Source: Blastocladiella emersonii ATCC 22665
Lineage: Eukaryota > Fungi > Blastocladiomycota
Direction: 5' to 3'
DNA length: 64,000 nt
Assembly (NCBI GenBank): GCA_025594325.1
Contig: JANHCV010000007.1
Location: 1,922,001-1,986,000 of the forward strand
This document shows, piece after piece, positions 38,443 to 49,100 of the stretch. The notes under the pieces were generated by a model. That model did no database searches and was not told the origin of the DNA. It saw nothing but the letters and a program-made list of their open reading frames with translations. A program made the translations under genes and the position numbers. The stretch's first letter is position 1; each line of letters opens with the position of its first letter.

Positions 38443-41346
38443 TCAGACGTTCTCGGCCTTCGCGGACATCTTAGCTCGCTCCTTGATCTCCATGGCAAGC
38501 CGGGTGTCGCGGTTGCGGCTGGCCTCGATGATGCGCAGGAACTCGGCGGGCGTTGGAATCCCACCAACTCGCTGGGCGAAGGCCGTCTTGTACGCCTGGA
38601 TGACGCCGCGCGCGGTCGCGTCGACCTGCTCGGGCAGCGTGCTCTTGGGGTCAGTGGAGCGGCGCGCCTGCCGCTGCGCGTAGAAGGCGACGAGCGACGC
38701 GATGCTCTTCGGGTACGCCTTGCGCGACGCCACGTACTCGAGGAACAGGTTGTACGCCGACAGCTGCGCGGCGAGCGGCGCGCCGTGGACGCGCTCGGTG
38801 CGGGCGGTCCAGTGCTCGCCGCGCTGGGGCGAGTCGCGGTAGTCGACGGTCCAGGGCCGCAGCGTCGCCGGGCAGATGGGCGTCGGCAGGCCCGCCGTCG
38901 TGAAGCCCGGCGCGTACCCGTAGTTGCGCACCGCTACGACGGGGCTGTTGCCCGAACGGCGCAGCTCGGCCGGCGGCAGGAACACGCTCCCGACGCGCTT
39001 GCTCGGGTCCACGAGCTGCAGCAGGTCGAGGATGCGCGGCAGCGGGAGCACGTCCAGCAGCCACGCCAGCGGCGACGCGGCCGCCTGCTCGGGCGTGCAC
39101 GGCCCATCGACGAGCACGACGACAGCGGGCTCGCTGGTCAGGGGGACCGCGGTCGTGGCCGTCGCCGTCCCTGCAGCACGCGTCGTCGCCGCGCCGCCGC
39201 CACCCGACTTGGCAGCGCCACCACCGCCCATGGCGACGTGCGGGATCACGAGGTGGTTCTGGTACAGCCGCGCCACGTCGAGCTTGAGCGCCGCCACGTC
39301 CTGCTTGCGCGACATGAGGTACCCGAACACGCGCAGCACGCGGATCCGCTCGTCGAGCACGTCTAGGCCGGCCACCGCCACCACCTCGCCACCACTGCCG
39401 CCGCTACCGGAAGCGGGAACGACGGGGTACTGCAGCACGTCCTCGACGAGATGGCGGAGGTGCGCACCGATCGGGTACCACTGGCGCAGCCGCTCCTGCG
39501 CATACTGCTCCGGGTCGGCGGCAAAAAGCTGCGTCGCACCCGTCAGCGAGTACCACAGCGCCGCCGCGACGGGCGCCTTGAGCACCGGATAACCCGGCTG
39601 CCCCGACAGGGCAATGTTGGTCGCGTACATGGGGTGCTCAAAGCGGCAGACGAGGTGCGCGCGGAACGCCGCCATGAACGCCGCGTTGTCGGCGAGCTGC
39701 GGGACGCGGCGCTCGCGGATCGCCAGATACACGGCCGCGAGCCACAGGTGCGGGTTGCCGAGCTTGACGCCGCGCGTCGCCATCTGGCGCACGACCCACG
39801 TCCCGAGCTCGACGTGCTGCGCCGCCGTGCCGAGCGGGATGCACCCGACGACCGTGCGCCGGGTGTACGGCGACACAATGTCCTTCCACCGGTACGCGCC
39901 GCCCGCCGCCGCCTCGTTGAAGAGGCCGGTGAACGCGGCCGACCCGATGGCGTGGTCGAGGCGGTCCACGAGCCGGTCGACGAGCGCGGGGTACTTGAGG
40001 ATGTTGAGCGGGCAGTCGGTCACGTCGTCAATGACCGCCGTGTCGGCGCCCTCGAGCACGCCCAGCGTGGTACCGCCGCCGCCCGCACCGCCCCCGCCGT
40101 CATCGGCAAAGGACGCTGACTCGGTGATGAGCAGGACCGGCGTCGTGTCGTCGTCGAGCATGATCGGGCACTCGAACCGCTCGTCGCTGCCGCCACCCGA
40201 CGCTGCGGCGGCCGCCGACTCGCTCGCGTCAGCGACCTCGGCGACGGGCACCTCCGACTCGGGCACCGTGGCGAGCCCGGCGCGCGTCGCGCGGTGCGAC
40301 TGCAGCGTGTCGAGGCCAAACGACGACACGGTGCACGCCTGGACGAGCTTGGTGATGCAATCGCCGACCTTCTTGGCGTCGTCGGCCGAGTCGGCGATCC
40401 CGTAGAGCAGCTCGCGCGTCGCCGCAACCGCCGACTCGTAGTCGCCCTCGCGCAGCGGGTCGAGGATCGGGTGAGGGTAGCGGTGCTGCGACGACGACGA
40501 CTCGGCTGCGCCTGCGTCCCCAGAAGCGGACCCGCGGCGGTGCCGCACGGACTCGGCGGCGGCGAGCTTGCGCGCATTCTCCTGGGCAATCACGTCGAGC
40601 AGGCGCTTCTGCAGCTTGATGAGCTCGTCGCGCAGCTTGGTGTTGGCGCGGCCGAGGTTCTGGACCACAATGAGCTTGCGCAGCTTTTCGTACTGGATGA
40701 AGAGCTCGGCGGGCGTGCGGATGGCGTCGAGCACGCCCGAGCCCTCGACGGCGACGCGCGCGCAGCCCTCGGCGAGCACCGCGTCGTTGTGGCGGATCAG
40801 GAAGTTGGCCGAGCGCGCAAAGGGGGCGACGACGGACAGGTCGGCGGGGAACCGGCCGAACAGGCACGCCTCGACGTCGGGGATCCCGCCCGGGATGGCG
40901 GCCAGCTCGCGGTCGCACCGCTGCACGCAGGTGCGGTCGATCTGGCCGTCGGTGATGATGCACATCTTGATGACGTTGAACCGCGCGCGGTTGCGGGTGA
41001 TGTATCGCGCGACACACGTCGGGTCGGTCCCGCTGCGGCTGTTCATGCGCTCGATGTTGGCGAGCAGCTGCTTGTGCGACGTCTCGAGCTCCTACACGGC
41101 GTCGCGCACTCGGGTGTCAGTCCCCGATCGTCATGCCAGCGCGACAGAAGGGCTCGCACGCACCGAGGTATCCCAGCGCAGGACGCGCAGCGCGCCGCCG
41201 TACAGCGAGCGGTACTCGTCGAAGCGCTCGCCGACGCGCTTCCAGTACTCGCGCTCGTAGTTGGTGCTGCCCGAGTCGTCGACGGCGAACAGCACAATGT
41301 CCTCGACGACGCCGGCGGATACTGGCGGCTTGCGGTGGGCGACCAT
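38443..41346 (-). CDS. vWA (MIDAS)-domain protein resembling the viral p94 family, about 943 aa; exons 41346-41164 and 41091-38443
   Basis: Spliced N-terminus has VDDSGST (DxSxS), RWDT, SGTDP, IITDGQID and DLSVVAPFAR. Later motifs are FECPIMLD, DCPLNIL, SPYTRR..GCIPLG and KLGNPHLWLAAVY. A 72-nt intron (GTGCGT..CTGAC..TAG) is in phase 0 and the ORF is intact. The p94 resemblance is from memory of the family pattern. Confidence 0.7.
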
Positions 41347-41391
41347 GGTGTTGATTCGTGTGATTTGTTGCGTAGACTGCGTAGCTTGCGT

Positions 41392-41395
<4 letters not shown>

Positions 41396-41444
<49 letters not shown>
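41396..41444. repeat. (AG)n dinucleotide microsatellite, about 24 units
   Basis: Uninterrupted AG run about 50 bp upstream of the vWA/p94-like start codon. Confidence 0.97.
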
Positions 41445-41447
<3 letters not shown>

Positions 41448-41675
41448 CGATCGCGATGCGGTCAGCGTTGCGGTGCGGTGCAGCCCAGCTTCCACGGCCC
41501 GCGGCAGGGACGCCTATTTGAGGGCGCGCGCTGCGCCACCGGGCCACCGAGCTGACTCGATTCCCTGTCGACGCGTTCCATGCGCTCGCATCATCGACTC
41601 GAAGAGGTAGTCATACCGTTCTTCGTAGTTGCCTACGTGACGGGCATCCGCGTGGGTGGGACGAGAGGTGACTGG

Positions 41676-42100
41676 CTAACTGAGCGACGCGATGGTCATG
41701 CTGATCAAGTCCTTCCGGCAACATGTCGGGCGCGCCGGGCAGGAGAGCGAGCGCGACGAGCCCATGGACGTGGGCCGGCCGTTCATGGACGTCGGGCGAC
41801 CACCACCGCCGCCGCCCATGCCCACGCCGCCGTCGAGGATCGACATGGGACGGCCGCCGCCGTTCATGGCGGCGAGCTGCTGCATCTCGCGCATCTCGCG
41901 GAGCTCGCGCTCGCGCTCGAGATCCGTCATGCGGGACGCCTGCGACTGCGAGTCCATGACCTCGGCCTGGTACTCGTCCCACCGCAGGTGCTTGATCTGC
42001 GAGATGTCGAAATACTCGTCCTCCTCGCGAACGAGGCGCACCTCGCCCTTCCCGCCCTTGATCCGACGCGATGACCCCCACTTCAAACCTGACCACGAAT
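41676..42100 (-). pseudogene. Partial duplicate of the chitin synthase 3' end with the DEK_C segment mostly deleted
   Basis: 41721-42044 is almost identical to 46363-46687. 41691-41715 matches 46172-46196 more loosely. The roughly 160 bp between those two blocks in the intact gene is absent here. Confidence 0.85.
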
Positions 42101-42371
42101 GCGATGAATATGTCGGCCGTGAAGCGACCACGATTACTCGCGAGGGTGCGAACGACGCGCGGTATAGACGCGCCACAACTACGCGTTGCATAAAGCACGT
42201 GCCCCGCGCTGCACCTCGCCTCAAGTCGCCGATCACGCTCGCTGCACGAGGAACCACCATTTGGATTTGCATCGCAGTAGACCATGTGGAGAATTCAGAA
42301 TATCGAATCTACTGACTTTGAACACAACGAAACAAGGTGAGAGAGAGGAGGGAGGGGAGGTGTGGCTGAAC

Positions 42372-45300
42372 TTAGGAGTCAGCGATCCGCGCGCGCTTGA
42401 CCGTGAGCGACTCGGTGTCGCTGTTGCGCTTGAGGTCGGGCGACGCCATTGAGCCAGATGCCGGCGTCTTGTTGGTCTTGAGCATCGGGTGCTGCACAGG
42501 CGTCGCCGTGTTGCTGGACACGCGTGAGATGGTCTTGGCGACGGCGCCGTGGCCTGGCGTCGAGTGGACGATGGACCCGTCGTCGTGAACGGCGAGGATC
42601 GCGCCGTTACCGGCGCCCGTGTCGCAGTCGTACCCGAACCCTTTGATGGTGACCCGCGCGACGGGGCGGCCCGCGGCGAGCACGGCCTCGATGCGCTCAA
42701 TCAGACGCGCGAGGCGGACGTTCCACTCGGTCTTGAGCTCCTGGGCCACGACGGGGAACCCGTCCTTGTCGAGCTCGCCGGTAAAGGACGACTTGACCTT
42801 GGACCCGTCCGCGGCGCGGTACGCGTCCGTGTTGACGCGGATCACGACCGTCGGCACGCCAAGCGAGCTGTGGGTCAGAAAGACGCGCAGGATCTCGTGC
42901 CACGCGTTGTAGGACTGGTGCTTGTTCTCGTCGGCCTCGACGACCAGGGCAAAGCCGGTGGGCTCGAGGCGCAGGTCGGGCCGCTTGCGGCACTGGAACA
43001 CGCCGACGGCCTCGTTGCGGATCACCTTGAGGTGGGGATGGCGCTTGTCAACGTGGTCGAGGACGTACTTGACGACGGCGCGCTCCTTGGCGCAGCACCA
43101 CTTGTGCACGGCCTGCTCGGGGTCGGCCGTCGCGTCGCAGTCGGCACAGAACCCGTCAATCTCGGCGAAACCGATGTTGAGGCGCTGCTTGGGCACCTTG
43201 GTGAGGCACATGCCGTCGCCGCGGCACTACCAGCACGGGCGCGGGTGGTTCTTGTGCGTGCACAGGAACTGGCCGCCCTCACACTCGTCGTGGCGGCAGA
43301 TGCGGCGCTGGATCCCGTGCTTGCACACGTTGGGCCCGCCGCACGGCCCGCAGTCCTTGACGAACCGGGCGTGGACCCAGCAGTGCTGCATGAACTGGGG
43401 CGAGCTGAAGCGGTACAGGTTGGCGCCGATGTCGTAGTACTGGCCGTTCTTGCGGGCGACGATCTGGATGTCGCTGACGCGCGGGTACATGTGCGTGTGC
43501 GGGATGATCGCGAACGAGCCCTCGGGCTTGTCGCGGCGGAGCTTGCTCTCGATGGCGCGCGCCGTCGTGCCGTCGAACAGCTTGGGACCAACGGCAACGA
43601 AAATGCCGTCGTGGTCATGAAGGCGGCCGTCGTCGTCTACCATTTCGACGAGGTTGCACACGGCCGACTCGGGGGAGCCGTTGAGGTCGAGGAGGTGGAG
43701 GAAGGCGTCGACGGGAGTGATGTTGTCGGGCGTGATGTTGTGCTCCTTGGTGGTCGAGCGTGCCAGCGGCGAGCTGGCGACGTGAGCAGCGGCCACGTCC
43801 TTGGTCTGAGCGACGGGCGGGTTGTTGATGAGCGTCTGGACGACTGCGGCGGCCCGAGTCGGCGACAGGCCGATCTCGCCGATGACGCGAAGGTTCTCGG
43901 CCGTCACGTCGATCTTGAGGTCCTCGGTGAGGGCGAGCTTGATGGCGACTCGCTGGGGTTGGTGATCGAGGTCGACTGCTCGACGAGGAACGAGGGCAGG
44001 GGGGCGGCGAGCTTGCCGACGGGGTATTCGGTCACTTGACGTGGTGCGGGTTGCCGCCGAGGATCTGGACGGCGCGCCGCACATTGCACAGGTTGACGTT
44101 GGCCATGTACTCGGCCGCGAACTTGGTGCTGGCCGCCGAGTGGTCCACGCCGGCCTTCTTGCCGAACTCGCACTTTCACCCGCTCTCGATGACGCCGCAG
44201 TGCTGCAGCACGCGCGCCAGGCGAACCCCTTGTTGCGGTCGGGGCGGCTGATCAGGATGCGGAGCTTGCCACCGGTGATGAGCTTGGTGCCGAGCGCGAC
44301 GCCCGCTTGCCACCGGTGATGAGCTTGGTGCCGAGCGCGACGCCCGCTATGTCGACGTCGTCCTCAGAATCGTACTGCGGGTGCAGGAGCATGGCGATGG
44401 CGAACGCCTTGGGGCCGTCGGCCTGGATGTCGCCGGCCTCGATGGCGGCCTTGAGCTCCTTCTTAATCAGCTCCTCGAAGGCCTTCTTGGCCTTGGCGCG
44501 AGCGTCGCGGCAGCGACGGCAATCGAGCGTGCGCGAGTTGAGGCACATCGACTTCTGCGCAAAGATGCCGCCGTAGTCGTTGTTGGCCGTTTGAATGTGC
44601 TACTTGGAGACGCGGATCTCGATCGGGTCGTACGCGTAGCCGCCCACGACGCGCGCAAAGTGGCGGCCACCCGTGATGTGGGTGCGACGGTTGGCGGCCG
44701 CGAACAGGCCAAAGACGTGGGCGTTGACCGTCTTCATGTTGGGGTATAGGTTGATCAGCAGGTCGATGGCGCGCGGGTCGGGCGTCGAGTACACGACCTG
44801 CACGGCGTCAAACGTGTAGACCATCCACCAGTGGACGACGAGGTTGGCGAGCATGGCCTGGAGGGCGAGCTTGGCGTACACGGTGTCGCGGTACAGGTCG
44901 ACCTTCATGGCGGCCTTGGTGAAGGGGTTGTCCTTGGGGGCGGTGGCCACGTGCTTGAAGTAGGCCTGGGCATCCCTCTCGTCGGCTCGACGACTCGGAT
45001 CTTCTCTATTAGTGTCGGGGCGGGGGCAAGAGCGTGAGCGCGATCGTGGGCGTGAGCGAAGGCGAAGGCGACAGCGAGTGCTAGCGACTGGCACCCATGC
45101 GCGACGGTGAGACGGGGGAGAGGGGTTCAAGAAACATACGGATGGCGGGGAAGTCACTCGACACCTCAATCTTAGTGATCTCGGCGCGGGACTGGACGAC
45201 GCGCGCGTGGTCACCCTCGGGCAGGCCGTTGAGGGAGAGTTTGGCGACGCGCGTGGCCACCTTGATGCAGTCGGCCGAGGTCCCGTTGGTGAGCTCTGTG

Positions 45301-45690
45301 CGTTTGCGGCTCGGTAAGCATGAGCTCCGCCGCCACGCGCGATCGGTACGAGGCTGCGGAAGCGTACCAAGAGCTTGGCTGCGTCGAGAAGCGTCATGTC
45401 GTCGACGTCGTTGGCAGGAGACGGGCCTAGCGTGAGACGATGCAATGTCAGTCTTGAACCCGCAATAGGCGGGTTCCCAAACGTACCAGCAGGACTGTTG
45501 CCGCGGCGGCCGTCGTCGTTCAGGTCGTCACCACAAGCGCGGCTACGGGCCAGGGCCGCAACGCAGGCTAGACAACGTGCGAGGGGAGTGAGATCCAACG
45601 CTGCCATCGCGGTCGCGATGAGCCACACGGGCGCGTACCACGGTATGTGGGAGTGTCGTCCTGGGTCTCGGACGAGGTCGTGTTGGTCAT
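42372..45690 (-). pseudogene. Disrupted gene: unknown N-terminus, Cys/His zinc-ribbon repeats and C-terminal PD-(D/E)XK endonuclease of the type common in giant DNA viruses
   Basis: C-terminal KERAVVKYV..RKRPDLRL..LVVEADENKHQSY..EILRV..LGVPTVVIRVNTDAY..KVKSSF..EWNVRLARL, preceded by CGPCGGPNVCKHGIQRRICRHDECEGG. In-frame stops at 43227-43229, 44176-44178 and 44600-44602, a 41-bp duplication and inferred 1-nt deletions. Candidate introns lie in the 5' part and the start codon is tentative. Confidence 0.7.
44267..44348. repeat. Perfect 41-bp tandem duplication
   Basis: TGCCACCGGTGATGAGCTTGGTGCCGAGCGCGACGCCCGCT occurs twice, at 44267 and 44308. Confidence 0.95.
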
Positions 45691-46144
45691 GGTTGACGAG
45701 GGCTGCGTGCAGAGCTGGTTGATGACTCGGCGAGGGCAGCGGGAGAGAGCGGGCGCAGGGCGGGGGGCGCGGGCGGCTGTTGAATGCTCGTCGCCGCGTC
45801 GCGACTCGCGTCGGCGCGCCGGTTTCGACGCGTTTTCAGCGCAAGCGCGCTCGCTTGACATCATGGCATCAACTCACATAGACGTTGTTGCCCTTGGGGA
45901 CGGTTCTTTGAGAGAGGAGTGTCGTCGGCGACGCGTTGTTGAGGGCCGTCGCGTCGCGCGACGCGACTCCGCGCTCAAGCCACCAAGGCCGGCGCCCCTG
46001 GCCGTCAACTGATCGCTCGCGTCGCTCACCGACAGCGCTCTCTCGCAGGACGAAGAGATAGGTGGAGAGTGTGAATTGAGAAATACTACAGGATGTGATA
46101 GTGGAACAGGAACATGAACAGGAACGCGTCGCCGTCGCCGCCGC

Positions 46145-49100
46145 CTACATGCTGTCGCGGAGCGCGGCGTCGATCGTCATGTTGATAAAGTCCTTGCGCG
46201 ACGAGAGGTCCACGCCGAAGAGCGCCGACAGCTCTTCGCGGACCTGCTTCTTGGTGATGCGCATCAGGTCGGCCGACCGCAGGATGCGGTGGATCTCGTT
46301 GACCAGCTCCGCGTCCGTCGGCATGCCGAACATGGGCGCCGCCGCGGGCGCGATCGCTGGCGACATGTTGGGCGCGCCGGGCAGGAACAGCGAGCGCGAC
46401 GAGCCCATGGACGTGGGCCGGCCGTTCATGGACGTCGGACGACCACCGCCGCCGCCGCCAATGCCCACGCCGCCGTCGAGGATCGACATGGGACGGCCGC
46501 CGCCGTTCATGGCGGCGAGCTGCTGCATCTCGCGCATCTCGCGGAGCTCGCGCTCGCGCTCGAGATCCGTCATGCGGGACGCCTGCGACTGCGAGTCCAT
46601 GACCTCGGCCTGGTACTCGTCCCACCGCAGGTGCTTGATCTGCGAGATGTCGAAATACTCGTCCTCCTCGCGAACGAGGCGCACCTCCTTGCTCTTCTCG
46701 TCCTTAACCTGTCGCACGATGCCCCAGCTAAAGTCATCTCCATCATGGGAATGGCAAGGTCGGAAGAGGTGTCCGGGTCGACGAGGTGTTGGGTGTCGAT
46801 CGGGTCCGACGATGACGCAAAGTTAGGACTCGACCCGAGCGCGACGGAGCACGATGACGAGCGTACCCTGCCGCCAGAAGGCGTAAAGGGGAAGGTAGAA
46901 GCCGTAGATGGGGATCGAGAGGATGTCTACAAGTGGTCGAGGTCGGGTCGAGTTGAGGTGTGAGTCATGAGTGAGGTCATCGCTCGAGTGGCGCTCAGGC
47001 GTCATCCGAGTGCCATCCGCCAGACTCGTGCGTGCGGCCCATAAGCGCCATGATCCGCACGCTGGGTGACGTGTTGGTGGTACGTACAGATGAGCATCCA
47101 GACGACGTGGGCAAACTCCTTCTTGAGGATGAAGACGATGGCCTGGAGGCCGTACATGGCGGCGATGAGGATGAGCGAGATCATGACCAGGTTGAGGCTC
47201 TGGTCCTTGACGATGGCGTTGACCGTGAGGTAGATGAGGTCTGCAGGTGATCGTGGAGGGCGCGTCAGTGGGTGAGTTCCAGCGGGTAGGTGGGGGTTGG
47301 GGTGGGTCGGCCCACGACCAAATTCCGACCGCGATCACCTCCCGGTGAACCCAGACAAGTCAGGATTTCGAGGCACGTACATCCGAGGTAAACGACCATG
47401 GCGGGCTGCAGCAACGTAGCTGCCAGGTCCACGGCGACGACGAATCGCATGGAGAAGCAGCAGAAACCGCAGAGGTCCTTGATCCACACGAGCTCGACGA
47501 GGTTGTGGAAGGTCGAGTTGATCCAGCGGCGACGCTGACTGATCAGGACCGAGAACGTCTCAGGCGCGAACGTGTAGGCCAAGGCCGACGGCGTGAACTT
47601 GGTGCGCATCGACGGGAAGGTCTTGAGGATCAGCGTGGTGAGGAACCGATCCTCGCCGAGGTGGAGCAGGTTCTTCTTGTGCAGCGTGTTGACGCGGCAG
47701 TCCGAGTACTCATCGACGATCGAGTCATGGCACAGGAGCGGCTTGCCCTTGTTGGCCGAGACGATGCGGTACATGCAGAAACACCTACGAGGCGGTCATG
47801 CTACGCGTCAGATACATCGATCTCGGTCGGCCACACCCGTGAAGCCACCATACCCAGGGAGACAGGTCACCGAACCGAACAGCGACTCGAAGGCCTACAA
47901 GGGTGAGGGGCGACGTGGAGCGACGTGAGCATTTGTCTGACGTGGGCGACGACAATAGGCGAACGACGAGCGAACGACGAGTGCGCGTACCTTGGCGAGG
48001 TGATGCGAGATAAAGTACTCGTAGGGCTGGATCATGGTGATGACCGACGACTTCTCGTTCATCATCTTGGTCTCGCCGCACGCGCCGATGATCTCCGTGT
48101 CGGTCATGCAGAAGGCCACGAGCTGGGTGAGGGCCTCCTCGGCGACCGTGGTGTCGGCGTCGATCATGAGGCAGTACTCGTACCACTTGGGGTCGACGCC
48201 GATCACGTTCTGGATGTGGTGGCGCAGCTCGAGCTCGAGCGGCGACATGGGCTTCTCGTAGTGCAGGTGGTTGAGGAACCGCATGAGCATGATTTGCGAG
48301 TCGCGCTTGCCGCGGTTGCCGGGCCGCTGGGTCTCGGACGGGCGGCCGCACTTAACGAGCACCACGTACGGCACGAGGTGGCCCTCGTACTCGTACAGGC
48401 CCGAGTACACCTTGCCCATGTTGTGCTGCTTGGAGCCCTCGCCGACGGCCTGGTACGACAGCGGCTCGGGGTCGACCGACGGGTCGACGCCGAGGAGGTC
48501 GAGCACGATGCGCGGCGTGGGGCGGTCATTGCCGCGACCGACGATCATGCCGTCGCAGATCAGGAGCATGAGCTTGCGCTTGTCGTCGTACTTCATGGCG
48601 GCGATCGAGTTGATGGTGCGCGACATGGACAGCTCGTCCTCGGTGTAGCAGGGCACCTGGATCATGACGAACTTGTCCATCTTCTCGGGGGTCTCGGACC
48701 CGCCGCGGAGCTGCAGACTGGCCAGGAACTTGAACAGGATGATGCTGCACAGCACGACGGACATGGCGAGCAGGATGTAGTCGGCGTACAGGCACTTGAT
48801 GGTCTGGCGCTCGTCGACGAGGCCGGCCGTGAACAGCGCGTTGAAGCAGTCGCGGATGGCCGCGTTGCCGTTCCACACCTTCATGAACTGCTCGTCGTCG
48901 GTGAGGTCGACCATGCCCTTGCTGGCCTGGTTCGAGATGTACGTGTCGATGTTGAGGGCGTCGGGGCGGCCCGAGAAGTCGAAGGCGAGGAACCGCTTCT
49001 CGTTGGCGTTGTTGCTGGCCTTGACGTTCTGGTAGTAGTTGGTCAGGTCGTACACGACGCCCTTGACGATGATGCGGTTGATGGGGAAGTCCTCGTAGCC

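Noticed and set aside
43227-44602. In-frame TAG/TGA as evidence of stop-codon reassignment or programmed readthrough
   Set aside because: Neighbouring host genes terminate at TAG (chitin synthase), TGA and TAA normally, and the same ORF also carries frameshifts. Pseudogenisation is the simpler explanation.
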